Assembly (NCBI GenBank): GCA_965242725.1
Contig: CBDESZ010000002.1
Coordinates: 1 to 37,605, forward strand
Length of the DNA stretch: 37,605 nucleotides
From: Alkalispirochaeta sp.
GTDB taxonomy: Bacteria; Spirochaetota; Spirochaetia; DSM-27196; Alkalispirochaetaceae
Direction of reading: 5' to 3'
This document shows positions 16,366 to 25,995 of the stretch, in pieces (positions within the stretch are counted from its first letter, which is position 1; each line of letters starts with the position of its first letter). The notes beneath the pieces are model-generated. The model searched no databases. It saw only the letters and a list, made by a program, of their open reading frames with translations, and was not told the DNA's origin. Both the position numbers and the translations under genes were made by a program.

Positions 16366-17913
16366 ATGCCGCAGATGCTGCTGAACGCGCTGGCCGGTGT
16401 ACTTGATCCGATCAGCCTCCTGCTGATCATCCTGGGCGTCGGCGCCGGAATTATCGTCGGCGCCCTTCCCGGTCTCACCGCAACCATGGCCATCGCCCTG
16501 CTCGTGCCGTTTACTTTCGGCATGGCACCGATCCACGGACTGGTACTCCTGGGCGCGATCTTTACGGGCGCGATCTATGGAGGATCCTTTTCGGCCATAC
16601 TTATCAATACGCCGGGAACCCCGTCGGCCATCGCCACGACCTTTGACGGTTTTCCCATGGCACAAAAGGGTGAAGCCTATCGCGCCATCGTTACGGCGAC
16701 ACTCTCCTCCGTATTCGGCGGAACCGTTGGTGTCGCCTTTCTCATCTTTCTCGCGCCGCCCCTCGCCCGGGCAAGCCTCACCTTTGGCCCTCCTGAGTAT
16801 TTCTGGCTTGCCGCCTTCGGCCTGACCATTATCGCCGCCGTTTCCCCCCGGTCGACGCTGAAGGGACTCATGGGTGGTGGAATCGGGTTGTTGATTTCGA
16901 CAATCGGAATCGCTCCGATAGAGGGTGCCGTTCGCTACAATTTCGGGACTCTGGCGCTGCAGAACGGTATATCCCTGATTCCCGCGCTCATCGGATTCTT
17001 CTGCATTCCCGAAGTCCTGCGCATGGTCGAAGAAAGCTCCACCACCGCGAAGGTCGTCCCGTACAAACGGCAGCGCAAGATGGTTGCCCGCGTATTTCAC
17101 GCCCTTCTGCGGAAGCCGTGGCTCATGATTCGTTCTTCGATCATCGGTACGATCATCGGAATCATTCCCGGGGCGGGCGGGAATATTGCCGGATTGGTGA
17201 GTTATAACGAAGCGATCAGGACGGGTAAAAACAAGGAGAAATTCGGAACCGGCGTCATGGACGGTGTCGCCGCGTCGGAGAGCGCCAACAACGCGTCGGT
17301 CGCGGGCGCCCTGATTCCCATGCTGACCCTTGGAATTCCCGGCGCGCCGCCGGCGGCCGTTCTCTTCGGCGCCCTTCTCCTCCAGGGCATGCGTCCGGGC
17401 ATGGAACTGTTCACCGCCCACGGAACAATCACCTATGCATTTCTCTTTTCTCTCGTACTCGCAAACCTCGCGATGCTGCCCCTGGGATTGATTCTGGGCA
17501 AGGCGGTTTCTTCCCTCATGCAGCGCACTCGGGTACAGACGATGGCTCCGGTGATCATCTTCCTTTCCATGGTCGGGTCATACTCGATTTACAACAATAT
17601 TGCGGACGTTTACACGATGGTGGCCGTCGGGATCATTGCCCACGCCCTCCGCAAGGCCGGTTTTATGCCGGGCCCGATCGTCCTCGGTCTGATACTCGGG
17701 CCCATAGCCGAGCGCGGCCTCACCCAGTCTCTCTTGATGGGCCGCGCCGCGGGCTCGATGTTCACCGTTTTTTTCGGCCGACCGTTGTCAATCGTGTTGA
17801 TCCTGCTCACGTTCGCCTCCATTGCCGCCCCGATGGTGGTACAGTGGCGGGAACGCCACGGCAAAGGCGGGGCATTGCGGGAAATTCGCTCTCTCGATCG
17901 GGGTGACCAATGA
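16366..17913 (+). CDS. tctA: Tripartite tricarboxylate transporter large permease
   Basis: GALPGL, YGGSFSAILINTPGTP, ESANNA and LTLGIPG; many TM segments. Confidence 0.94.
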   Translation: MPQMLLNALAGVLDPISLLLIILGVGAGIIVGALPGLTATMAIALLVPFTFGMAPIHGLVLLGAIFTGAIYGGSFSAILINTPGTPSAIATTFDGFPMAQKGEAYRAIVTATLSSVFGGTVGVAFLIFLAPPLARASLTFGPPEYFWLAAFGLTIIAAVSPRSTLKGLMGGGIGLLISTIGIAPIEGAVRYNFGTLALQNGISLIPALIGFFCIPEVLRMVEESSTTAKVVPYKRQRKMVARVFHALLRKPWLMIRSSIIGTIIGIIPGAGGNIAGLVSYNEAIRTGKNKEKFGTGVMDGVAASESANNASVAGALIPMLTLGIPGAPPAAVLFGALLLQGMRPGMELFTAHGTITYAFLFSLVLANLAMLPLGLILGKAVSSLMQRTRVQTMAPVIIFLSMVGSYSIYNNIADVYTMVAVGIIAHALRKAGFMPGPIVLGLILGPIAERGLTQSLLMGRAAGSMFTVFFGRPLSIVLILLTFASIAAPMVVQWRERHGKGGALREIRSLDRGDQ

Positions 17914-18359
17914 ACGAGAAAACACGCAACCTGTTGGCGTCCCTCATTGTCCTTGGCGTTTCTGCATACTGGTTTATGGAAAGCGGTACCTTCCGTCCCC
18001 TGAGCAGACTCTTTCCGCGGGTGATCGCCGCCGTCGTCTTTGTGTTGGCGCTGCTGTTGATTGTACTCACCATGACAGGGAAGGGTCCCAGAATCAGGAT
18101 TGTGCAGGGGAACCCGGAGGTCCGTCACCTGCGCTCGGGGACGCTCATCGGCGCGACGATCGTCTGGACCGTATTGATTCCCCTTACGGGGCTCCTGTCG
18201 GCAAGTATCGTCGGAGTCGTCTCAATCGGAATTCTCACCTTTCGCGCCCATATCGGGACGGTGAGGGCGATTGTCATCGCCGTTGTCGTTGTCGTTGCGT
18301 TCTATCTGCTCTTTGCCCTGGTGCTCTCCGTTCCTTTTCCCCGGGGCGTACTGATCTGA
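17910..18359 (+). CDS. tctB: Tripartite tricarboxylate transporter small subunit
   Basis: Four to five TM helices, FP motif and C-terminal LSVPFPRG. ATGA overlap with tctA. Confidence 0.85.
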   Translation: MNEKTRNLLASLIVLGVSAYWFMESGTFRPLSRLFPRVIAAVVFVLALLLIVLTMTGKGPRIRIVQGNPEVRHLRSGTLIGATIVWTVLIPLTGLLSASIVGVVSIGILTFRAHIGTVRAIVIAVVVVVAFYLLFALVLSVPFPRGVLI

Positions 18360-18414
18360 TGAAAAAGGGTCAGTGAAGGATTAGTCAGAAGATATTTACA
18401 GGGTACAATGGGTC

Positions 18415-19782
18415 ATGCTTCGCCGGATCAACATGTACCGCCATCTCCGCCACCTGCTCGGACGGGCGGGTCCGCAGCTTGCATCGATACCTCCCGCGCC
18501 GTCGCGAATGGTCATGGCCATGCTCCGCTGGATCGGTCCGATCTACCTTCGTTTCGGCATGAACGTGGGGCGGGTCATCGTGGAAGATTCGGAATCGACG
18601 GATCTCTTCGGCAGCGGTGGGAATCGGCCCCCGGGACGGATTTTTATCGCCTTCCGTCATCCATCACCGGACGACCCGCTCGTTGTATATTATCTCCTCC
18701 AGAAGCGATGTCCGTCGGCGGGGACGTATCCGGTCTTCCTGTACGGCAGGGATGTGCCGGTGTGGGCGGGACCGGTGGCGGGGTGGCTGCTGCCCCGCAT
18801 CGGCGGTATCAGTGTTTTCCATGAAGAAATGAGACGGGACAGCCTCGACGAGCTCTATCGAGCGGTCTCTTCCGCATCCGGTCCGATCGTCCTCGCGCCG
18901 GAAGGCCAGGTCACCTATCACAACTACCGAACGGCGCCGACCCAAAGGGGAACCGCCCACCTCGCCAGGTGGGCGGCAGCACAAACCGGGAGTCCGTCGC
19001 ATGTCGTGCCCCTCGCCCTTGAATACCGCTATCCCGACGATAGATCCAACACGATCTTTGTCCGCCTTCTGGGGAGGGTGGAAGCACTGACAGGGGTGAG
19101 CTCCGCCGTGGACCACACAGACGGCCCCGATTCCGACGGCACCCTCGTGACAAGGACGTGGCGCGCTGCAGCCGCACTTGTCGACACCGTTGCGAATCAC
19201 TATCGGGTGGCGGGGTGCGGTACACCCGATGGACAACGCATTCCCGACACTGAAGATATCAATGCGGCGATGCAGCGAATTATCATGCAGGCACTCAGCG
19301 AAGGCGAACGCCACGCCAATGTCACGGCCGGGCACGATCGGGATCCGATATCCCGGGTTTTTCGGTTACGACGTATTTACTGGAACGCTCTCTTTCCCGC
19401 CCACCGCGGCACGGGAAAACTGGGGCGGGCCCTCGACGACCTGCGGGCGACGGAGGCGCGTATCGTCGCCCGACACTTTCAGACGGTGGACCTCCTTGCA
19501 TATCTCGATTTCACCTATTTGAGCTCAGTCGGCATCACGCCGGGAACGTCCATGCCGGAAGCGGGCAGTGCCGCTCATGCGCGTCTCGTGGAGTATCTTC
19601 TTGCGATGGACGATCTTTCGCGCCGCGTGATGGGCCACACCATCGGACGAAGGTACTCATGGCCCCGCCGAAGATGCACGTGTCGTTTCGGCCGGACCAT
19701 TTCCGTTGAACCTTCACGTTCGGCGAGAAGCCTCCACGGGGAGATTGAAAATACCCTCGATGAGCTCAGTTCTCTCCGATAG
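18415..19782 (+). CDS. Long PlsC-type glycerolipid acyltransferase family protein
   Basis: FRHPSPDD (Hx4D), LAPEG and VVPLALEY, with a long helical C-terminal extension. Confidence 0.75.
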   Translation: MLRRINMYRHLRHLLGRAGPQLASIPPAPSRMVMAMLRWIGPIYLRFGMNVGRVIVEDSESTDLFGSGGNRPPGRIFIAFRHPSPDDPLVVYYLLQKRCPSAGTYPVFLYGRDVPVWAGPVAGWLLPRIGGISVFHEEMRRDSLDELYRAVSSASGPIVLAPEGQVTYHNYRTAPTQRGTAHLARWAAAQTGSPSHVVPLALEYRYPDDRSNTIFVRLLGRVEALTGVSSAVDHTDGPDSDGTLVTRTWRAAAALVDTVANHYRVAGCGTPDGQRIPDTEDINAAMQRIIMQALSEGERHANVTAGHDRDPISRVFRLRRIYWNALFPAHRGTGKLGRALDDLRATEARIVARHFQTVDLLAYLDFTYLSSVGITPGTSMPEAGSAAHARLVEYLLAMDDLSRRVMGHTIGRRYSWPRRRCTCRFGRTISVEPSRSARSLHGEIENTLDELSSLR

Positions 19783-19795
19783 GGAAAGACAACTC

Positions 19796-20419
19796 CTATG
19801 GAGCGTTCACCTGTACGGAGAGGTCACCCGGTCGATCGATGTCGTAGAATATGCCGCGATTGTCCATTGTCCCGGGAAAGGCAACTTCCCGGACACGGCG
19901 GTTTTCAAGGAAGGACCGCATCGAATCGCAGGAGCGGAACTCCCTGAGCAGGTCACCGGTCGTTCGGGATGAAATAAGCACCGGATGACCCCGGCGACCG
20001 CCGACAACGGGAAAGACGGCGTCGATGATCTCCGCGTCGAGGCGGTTTCCTCGCCCGTCAGCTTCTCCCGTGGTACGGGCAAGGGATGCAAAGACGTGAA
20101 TGGGGATCTCCGGCATGTCTCCGGGAACGACAAAATACCACTCCCCCTCCACGTGACGCGCACCGGTTGCTATTGACCCGATCATGCCGCGGGCATATTC
20201 GGCGTTGTAATGGACACGGACTCTTTCAAAATCGTGTAAAAAGCGGGACAGTTCGGCGGCGTGGTGTCCGGTGACGACGTGAACAACGGGGCAGACCCGA
20301 AGGGCTTTCTGTACGACGCGGCCGATCAGCGGTTCACCCTTGTACGGCAGAAGCGGTTTAAATCGACCCATCCGCGACGAGTAGCCCGCCGCCGGAATGA
20401 CGCACGCGCACCCGGTCAT
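19796..20419 (-). CDS. mocA: Molybdenum cofactor cytidylyltransferase-like nucleotidyltransferase
   Basis: AAGYSSRMGRFKPLL, GMIGS, PGDMP, RGHPVL and DID. GGAGG precedes ATG 20419. Confidence 0.85.
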   Translation of the reverse strand: MTGCACVIPAAGYSSRMGRFKPLLPYKGEPLIGRVVQKALRVCPVVHVVTGHHAAELSRFLHDFERVRVHYNAEYARGMIGSIATGARHVEGEWYFVVPGDMPEIPIHVFASLARTTGEADGRGNRLDAEIIDAVFPVVGGRRGHPVLISSRTTGDLLREFRSCDSMRSFLENRRVREVAFPGTMDNRGIFYDIDRPGDLSVQVNAP

Positions 20420-20436
20420 TTCCGGGACCTCCGGAT

Positions 20437-20844
20437 TCACAGACCCGCTATTCGGCGTGCCGTTTTCAATTGAAGCCATCGCTTGTTTGCGATAGAACGG
20501 ACGTGTTTTCCCCGGCCGCAGAGTCCCGATTCATCGGTAATCTCTATGGTCACCACAAGGTGGTATCCATCAAACTCGGAAAGTGTCGCGGTGAGAGAAA
20601 CCGTCGACCCAACAACGGTGGGTGACTCGTGGACGACTTCACAACTCTTTCCTATGGTGAGAAAACCGTCGGGAAGCTGGGGATCAATCATTTCCACTGC
20701 CGCTTCAATGATGAGAGAGACGATAGCCGGCGTCGACAGGAGTTTTTCCATGTCGTCGGGCAGATGATTTCCGTAGGTATACTCTTCCGTCACCGTCCGC
20801 TGAATCGTCCGGGACATTCCTACCTTAATCCCTGGAAATTTCAT
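20437..20844 (-). CDS. FlK-type hot-dog-fold thioesterase
   Basis: LSTPAIV, TIG, HESPTVVG and GKHVR fit the fluoroacetyl-CoA thioesterase family layout. Confidence 0.78.
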   Translation of the reverse strand: MKFPGIKVGMSRTIQRTVTEEYTYGNHLPDDMEKLLSTPAIVSLIIEAAVEMIDPQLPDGFLTIGKSCEVVHESPTVVGSTVSLTATLSEFDGYHLVVTIEITDESGLCGRGKHVRSIANKRWLQLKTARRIAGL

Positions 20845-22055
20845 GTAAGCCTCCCGTCCCGCGCGACGATTTGACCGTTGTAAATCACTATGCGCGGATA
20901 GTCGTGTTCCGCCAGCATCTCCCGCACCGTCGTCGCACGATGGAGGACGAGGGACGCCGGCGCGCCGGCGTGAATGCCCCAGTTTCCGTCGCCGAGGACA
21001 CGGGCGGCGTCACTTCCGATCATATCACAGAGCTCCTCGAGCTGCACCGTCGCCGTCTTCCACAGGATATGGGCGGAGAGAAACGCGACCTCAAGCATGT
21101 TGTTCCGTCCGAAGGGATAATATGCATCTGCGATATCGTCCTGTCCCAGGCCGACGGGGATTCCCGCCCGCCGCAGCCCGTCGATATCGGCGTGCAGCGG
21201 GCCTGTGTGGGGATCACTGATGATCCCGATACCGGCCTGTCGCAGAAGTTCAAAAAGCCTCCGGCACGACGGCTCCGCGTAGGTAGCCATCGCCCGGGCA
21301 TGCTGGGCGGTTACACGCCCCTGCAGACGGCGTTGGATCGTCCCTGTGGCAAGCATTTCAAGTGTACGGAGTGCTGGATCACCGGCGTCATCGACGAGCA
21401 TCGATACCGGCTTGCCGAACGCCACCGCCAGATCAAGCATTTTGTCGATGTGCTTTCGTGCGAGGACGTCGGTATGTTCGATCCAGGGAATTCCGCCGAC
21501 GACGTCCGCCCCCTCTTCAAGGGCGGACCGGACAATTTCGGCCGCTCCGTCGTCCTTTTCCACGCCGTCCTGCGGGAAGGCCACCACTTCGATGCGAATC
21601 CGGTCACGGTACTCATCACGCACCTGCATCACCGCACGGACTCCCTCAAGACCCGCGGCGGTATCGGTATCGGCAAAGGCGCGAATCCAGGACGTTCCGT
21701 AGCATACGGCGCGCTCGACGGCGCGGCGTATACCGGGGACGAGGGTGTCCCTTTTATAGTGGGCTTTCACCGCCCTTGCCAGTTCTATCGCCGTCATGGC
21801 ACCACCCATGCCCGCGGCGTGGTATTCCCTGAGGGCACCATCTCCAATGAAATCAAGGGTGTGTACCTTGCAAAGGTGCAGGTGGCCGTTGACAAAGCCT
21901 TCCGTAACGAGCCCGCCCTCGGCGTCGATGTAGTTCGCCCCCACGGCGGGGCTCCCGTTCTCCTCCTGCGGCGAAACGTCGGCAAGGACGCCGTCCTCAA
22001 TGGCGATTGAATGCAGTCCCTGCCGCCCGCGCAGGCGGGCGTTGATTATGACCAC
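20841..22055 (-). CDS. Cytosine/creatinine deaminase-like amidohydrolase
   Basis: HLH, VAFPQDG, VVGGIP, QHA and GQDDIADAYYPFG; GTG start. Confidence 0.85.
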   Translation of the reverse strand: MVIINARLRGRQGLHSIAIEDGVLADVSPQEENGSPAVGANYIDAEGGLVTEGFVNGHLHLCKVHTLDFIGDGALREYHAAGMGGAMTAIELARAVKAHYKRDTLVPGIRRAVERAVCYGTSWIRAFADTDTAAGLEGVRAVMQVRDEYRDRIRIEVVAFPQDGVEKDDGAAEIVRSALEEGADVVGGIPWIEHTDVLARKHIDKMLDLAVAFGKPVSMLVDDAGDPALRTLEMLATGTIQRRLQGRVTAQHARAMATYAEPSCRRLFELLRQAGIGIISDPHTGPLHADIDGLRRAGIPVGLGQDDIADAYYPFGRNNMLEVAFLSAHILWKTATVQLEELCDMIGSDAARVLGDGNWGIHAGAPASLVLHRATTVREMLAEHDYPRIVIYNGQIVARDGRLT

Positions 22056-22063
22056 CAGCTCAC

Positions 22064-24505
22064 TCAGTCGCAGTCATACTTCTGGATTTCCGGCGCGGAC
22101 TTGCAACTGCCGTAAGGACTCTTGGTAATCCAGTTGTCGACAGGTTCCTTGCGGTTCAACGCCCGCCATACGTCCTCGAAACGAAGAGGCATGTGGGTCA
22201 CTTCAGCTCCCGTGGCATGCTGTATGGCGTTTCCGAGAGCTGCAGCGACGGCGATCATGCTGTGCTCGGCAATTCCCCTCGCTCCGTAGGGACCGTCGAT
22301 CTGCGGCGTCTCGACACCGAAGGTTTCGACTTCCATGGGAATGTCCTTTGCCGTAGGAATCTTGTTGTCGGTGAAGCTCGGGTTCAAGAGGTGGCCCTTC
22401 TTGTCGTAGATATAGCCCTCCACCGTCGCGGTTCCGAGTCCCTGAATCATTCCGCCGATCGCCTGACCGCGGAATGCATCGGGGTTAATGACCCGACCGG
22501 CATCGAAGACGGAGGCAACCTTCAGTACGTCGTATTCTCCCGTTTTCGGATCCACCGCGACGATCATGCCGTGGGCACCGTAGGTCCAGTCTATTGCCGG
22601 AAGGCCTTCACCGGTCTCCTTGTCCAGATTGGTCAGTCCCTGGGCGATATAGCGACCCACACCGACGAGGGGGCCGCCGATTGCATTGCCGTTGGGATAG
22701 GCGTAGCCGATTGCCAGCTGCCGGAAGAGCACCTTGTGATCGGCGTGGTGGCGCACAAAAATCCCGTCTCCGTCGTGGTCAAGGTCACGGGGATGGGCCC
22801 GCAGCACCTGTGCCGCGTCGCCGTAGGCTTTCTCCAGAAGATCGTCGGCGGCAAGGATCGCCGCATTCCCGCTCAACAGCAGCCCTTTTGAGGCAACGGT
22901 CTGCCAGTCGTAGGGATCGCGGTCGGTATCGGATTCAAAGGCGACCTTCACCCGCTCCAGGGGCATGCGCAGCCGCTCGGCGATCATCTGGGCAACTGCG
23001 GTGTACGTTCCCTGTCCGTAGTCGGTAAGGGTGAGGTTGGCCGTCACCGTACCGTCTTCGTTCATTTTGAGAATCACCGTCGTGGCGGTGAAGGAAGGCA
23101 TCGCCGGGGCCTTGTGCAGCCCAACGACGGCCTTACCGATCTTCTTCCCTGAAGCCGCCGCCTTTTCCTCCTCTTCTTTGGTGATGGTTCCATACCCGAC
23201 CATTTCCGAGGCCTTCTTCAGACATGCGTCGATATTACCGGTGCTTTTGGTAATTTCCTCGCCGGTGAGCGTCTTCGCCCCGGGCTTGAGGGTGTTCTTC
23301 AGGCGGAACTCGAGGGGATCCATCCCGATCGCCTCGGCGACGAGGTCCATGTGACGCTCCAATCCCCAGAAGAACTCCACATGGCCGAAACCGCGATAGG
23401 CGGTCCCGAAGGGTTTGTTCGTATAGATCGTGTAGGCATCGACGTGAGCATTGGGAATCTCATAGGGCCCGCCTGCACTGTATCCGGACGCACGAGTAAC
23501 GTTCACGGCGTAATCGGCGTAGGCGCCGGCATCCCAGAGCATAGTCATTTGCTGGGCGACGATCTTTCCGTCATTGGAAACGCCCGTCTTGATCCGGTAG
23601 GTAAGCTGACTCCGGCAGGGGAGAAGACTGAACTCCTCTTCCCGTGTAGCGGTAAACTTCACGGGCCGCCCGTTTGCCTTTTTGCTCAGGACCGCAACAA
23701 GCGGCTCGATGCCGATTCCCGCCTTGCCGCCGAAACCGCCGCCGACATAGGGCACCTCCACCCGGACATTCCGGTGGGAGAGGCCGAAGGCGATGGCAAA
23801 GAGATTGCGCAGTGTATACGGCGACTGGGCGCTCGACCAGATGTGGACATTGTCGTTCTGTCCCCATTTGACGATGGCTACATGTGTTTCCATGGGGACG
23901 TGCTGTACCGATGGGTTTGTGTACTCCCGCTCTATGATCCACTCTGCACGGGCGAATCCCTCTTCAATGTTGCCCTTGCGCAGTTTGGTATGGTTGGCGA
24001 TGTTGGTACCGGGGACGGGGGTGAATGCCGACTTCATATAGGAATAGGAGCCCAGATCGGGATGGACCAGCGGCGCGTCCTCCTTGAGCGCCTCCTTGGG
24101 GTGGAGGATCGGCTCCAGCTCCTCATAGTCCACGACGATGGCATCCACCGCTTTCTGGGCGATTTCGAGGGTGTCCGCCGCAACGGCGGCGACCGCCTCC
24201 CCAAAGTGCCGTACTTCCTTCCGAGCAAGAATATCCTTGTCTTCAACGTACAGACCGAGCTTGAAGGCCAGGTCCTTCCCGGTTATGACTGCACGTACAC
24301 CGGGGATGGATTCCGCCGGGGCGGTGTCTATTGATCGAATTTTCGCACGAGCGTGGGGACTCGTTTTTACCCGGGCGTACAACATGCCGGGAAGAACCAT
24401 ATCGCTTACATACGTCGCCTGACCGGTCACCTTCTCAACGGTGTCGATACGGCGCGTTGTCTTTCCAACTGTCTTCAGGTCCGATGCCGCTACGGTGTCA
24501 AGCAT
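22064..24505 (-). CDS. Xanthine-oxidase-family molybdo-hydroxylase, large (Mo) subunit, copy 1
   Basis: KVTG, SPHA, MET, SAQ, GGGFGGK, AYRGFG, YGQG, DAGRVINP, GGMIQG and GARGIAE. SD AAGGAG before ATG 24505. Confidence 0.93.
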   Translation of the reverse strand: MLDTVAASDLKTVGKTTRRIDTVEKVTGQATYVSDMVLPGMLYARVKTSPHARAKIRSIDTAPAESIPGVRAVITGKDLAFKLGLYVEDKDILARKEVRHFGEAVAAVAADTLEIAQKAVDAIVVDYEELEPILHPKEALKEDAPLVHPDLGSYSYMKSAFTPVPGTNIANHTKLRKGNIEEGFARAEWIIEREYTNPSVQHVPMETHVAIVKWGQNDNVHIWSSAQSPYTLRNLFAIAFGLSHRNVRVEVPYVGGGFGGKAGIGIEPLVAVLSKKANGRPVKFTATREEEFSLLPCRSQLTYRIKTGVSNDGKIVAQQMTMLWDAGAYADYAVNVTRASGYSAGGPYEIPNAHVDAYTIYTNKPFGTAYRGFGHVEFFWGLERHMDLVAEAIGMDPLEFRLKNTLKPGAKTLTGEEITKSTGNIDACLKKASEMVGYGTITKEEEEKAAASGKKIGKAVVGLHKAPAMPSFTATTVILKMNEDGTVTANLTLTDYGQGTYTAVAQMIAERLRMPLERVKVAFESDTDRDPYDWQTVASKGLLLSGNAAILAADDLLEKAYGDAAQVLRAHPRDLDHDGDGIFVRHHADHKVLFRQLAIGYAYPNGNAIGGPLVGVGRYIAQGLTNLDKETGEGLPAIDWTYGAHGMIVAVDPKTGEYDVLKVASVFDAGRVINPDAFRGQAIGGMIQGLGTATVEGYIYDKKGHLLNPSFTDNKIPTAKDIPMEVETFGVETPQIDGPYGARGIAEHSMIAVAAALGNAIQHATGAEVTHMPLRFEDVWRALNRKEPVDNWITKSPYGSCKSAPEIQKYDCD

Positions 24506-25049
24506 TGCTCTCTCCTTTCGGGCTTCCCGCAGATCCAACCTTCCGTGAACGTGAACTCTCTGCATCCCTTTTCGCTATCTCATCGGCCGCGCCGTTGTCG
24601 GCGGCGTCGATGATAGCCTCAATGATCTGTTGATAACCGGTACAGCGGCAGAAATTGCCCTCAATACCTTCTTTCACCAATTCCGTATCGGGGTGAGGAT
24701 GACGGCGCAGGAGATCTTTCGTCGTCATCATCATACCGGGGGTGCAGAATCCGCATTGCGCGGCGTGATGCTTGTCAAACATATCCTGAAGGATGGTGAG
24801 TCGTCCGTCCTGCGCCTCTCCTTCAATGGTCTCGATCGTTCCGTTATCCGCCTCCGAGGCGAGGACCAGGCAGGAGTTGACCGCTTTCCCGTTAAGAATG
24901 ATTGTACAGGCTCCGCATTCCCCGGCGCCGCATCCCTCCTTGGTACCGGTCAGACCAAGATCCTCCCGGAGGAAGTGGAGCAATGTCTTATGTTCGGAGA
25001 CCGCCCGTTGGTAGAGCTCTCCATTTATCGTACAGCTGATATTCCTCAT
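24498..25049 (-). CDS. Molybdo-hydroxylase small [2Fe-2S] subunit, copy 1
   Basis: GCGAGECGAC...SC, QCGFCTPG and CRCTGY. Confidence 0.95.
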   Translation of the reverse strand: MRNISCTINGELYQRAVSEHKTLLHFLREDLGLTGTKEGCGAGECGACTIILNGKAVNSCLVLASEADNGTIETIEGEAQDGRLTILQDMFDKHHAAQCGFCTPGMMMTTKDLLRRHPHPDTELVKEGIEGNFCRCTGYQQIIEAIIDAADNGAADEIAKRDAESSRSRKVGSAGSPKGESNA

Positions 25050-25864
25050 ACCTTTATCCCCTCCATCAGACGGTGAATGAACTCATTCACCATAAAAGCG
25101 CGGTACTCCGCGGTAGCCCTGACATCATCGATGGGGCTGATCATTTCCTGTGCCTTTTTCGCAATTTCCTCGGATTTCACATTCGGGGCGAAATCGGGCA
25201 GCAGAACCGGTGTGGGTGCAGCGGAACTGATCGCACAGCGAATCGCCTTTTTGTGCTTGATCATCGCGACACTCACGACGCCCAGGTCGTGTCCCTTGAT
25301 TCGCTTCAGCTTTTCATATCCTCCGGCTGCCTTTGTCCAGGTCGGAGGAACGACAATCCGGGTGACAACCTCGTCGGGGCGGATGATTGTCCGCTTGACG
25401 CCGGTGATAAACTCACCCATCGGTATCCGTCGCTCCCCTTCCGCGCTCTGCAGAACCACTTCACCACCCAGGATATACAATGGACCGGACATGTCGCCAC
25501 AGGGACTTGCGGTAACGATGTTCCCGATGACGGTCGCCCGATTGCGGAGTTGATACGTTGCAAGTTCTTCCCCCGCAATCCGGAGAATGGGGAAGTGATC
25601 CGCCACCTGCGGATCTGAAACGAGTTCATTCACCGTGACACAGGCCCCGATGGACAACCCTTCAGAATCGGACCACGACAGCTCGTGCAGTGATTCGATG
25701 CCCTTTAAATCCAACACATATGCGGGTTTGAGAAGACCCGCTCGTATGACGACAAAAAGATCCGTACCCCCGGAAAAGACCGCCGTTTCGGGTCCGTGCG
25801 CGGCGAGAAAATCCAGCGCCTCCGTAAGTGTAGCGGGTCGTTGATACGAAAAATCATGGAGCAT
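25046..25864 (-). CDS. Molybdo-hydroxylase FAD-binding subunit, copy 1
   Basis: GGTDL, QLRNRATVIGN, ASPCGD and PIDDVRATAEYR. Purine-rich SD upstream. Confidence 0.93.
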   Translation of the reverse strand: MLHDFSYQRPATLTEALDFLAAHGPETAVFSGGTDLFVVIRAGLLKPAYVLDLKGIESLHELSWSDSEGLSIGACVTVNELVSDPQVADHFPILRIAGEELATYQLRNRATVIGNIVTASPCGDMSGPLYILGGEVVLQSAEGERRIPMGEFITGVKRTIIRPDEVVTRIVVPPTWTKAAGGYEKLKRIKGHDLGVVSVAMIKHKKAIRCAISSAAPTPVLLPDFAPNVKSEEIAKKAQEMISPIDDVRATAEYRAFMVNEFIHRLMEGIKV

Positions 25865-25995
25865 ACAACGCCACCTTTCCTCCTCCCGAATTGAAATAAC
25901 CGCGGGGTCGCAGAAAATAAGAAAGCATCTCATATGGAATCGAGATGCCTTAATCCCGCCTGGTTCCCGCGATTTTTCGAGAGGTGAGTACCTCT

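Noticed and set aside
16015..17421. 468-aa antisense ORF; similar ones at 414-1265, 1943-3007, 10716-11810, 20871-22010, 23351-24334, 26128-27273 and 27845-28816
   Set aside because: Shadow frames of well-supported genes in GC-rich DNA, with no motifs or start signals.
22056..22066. TGA after ...YDCD as selenocysteine read-through fusing the Mo subunit to the deaminase
   Set aside because: The downstream gene is in a different frame (8-nt gap) and no SECIS is evident.
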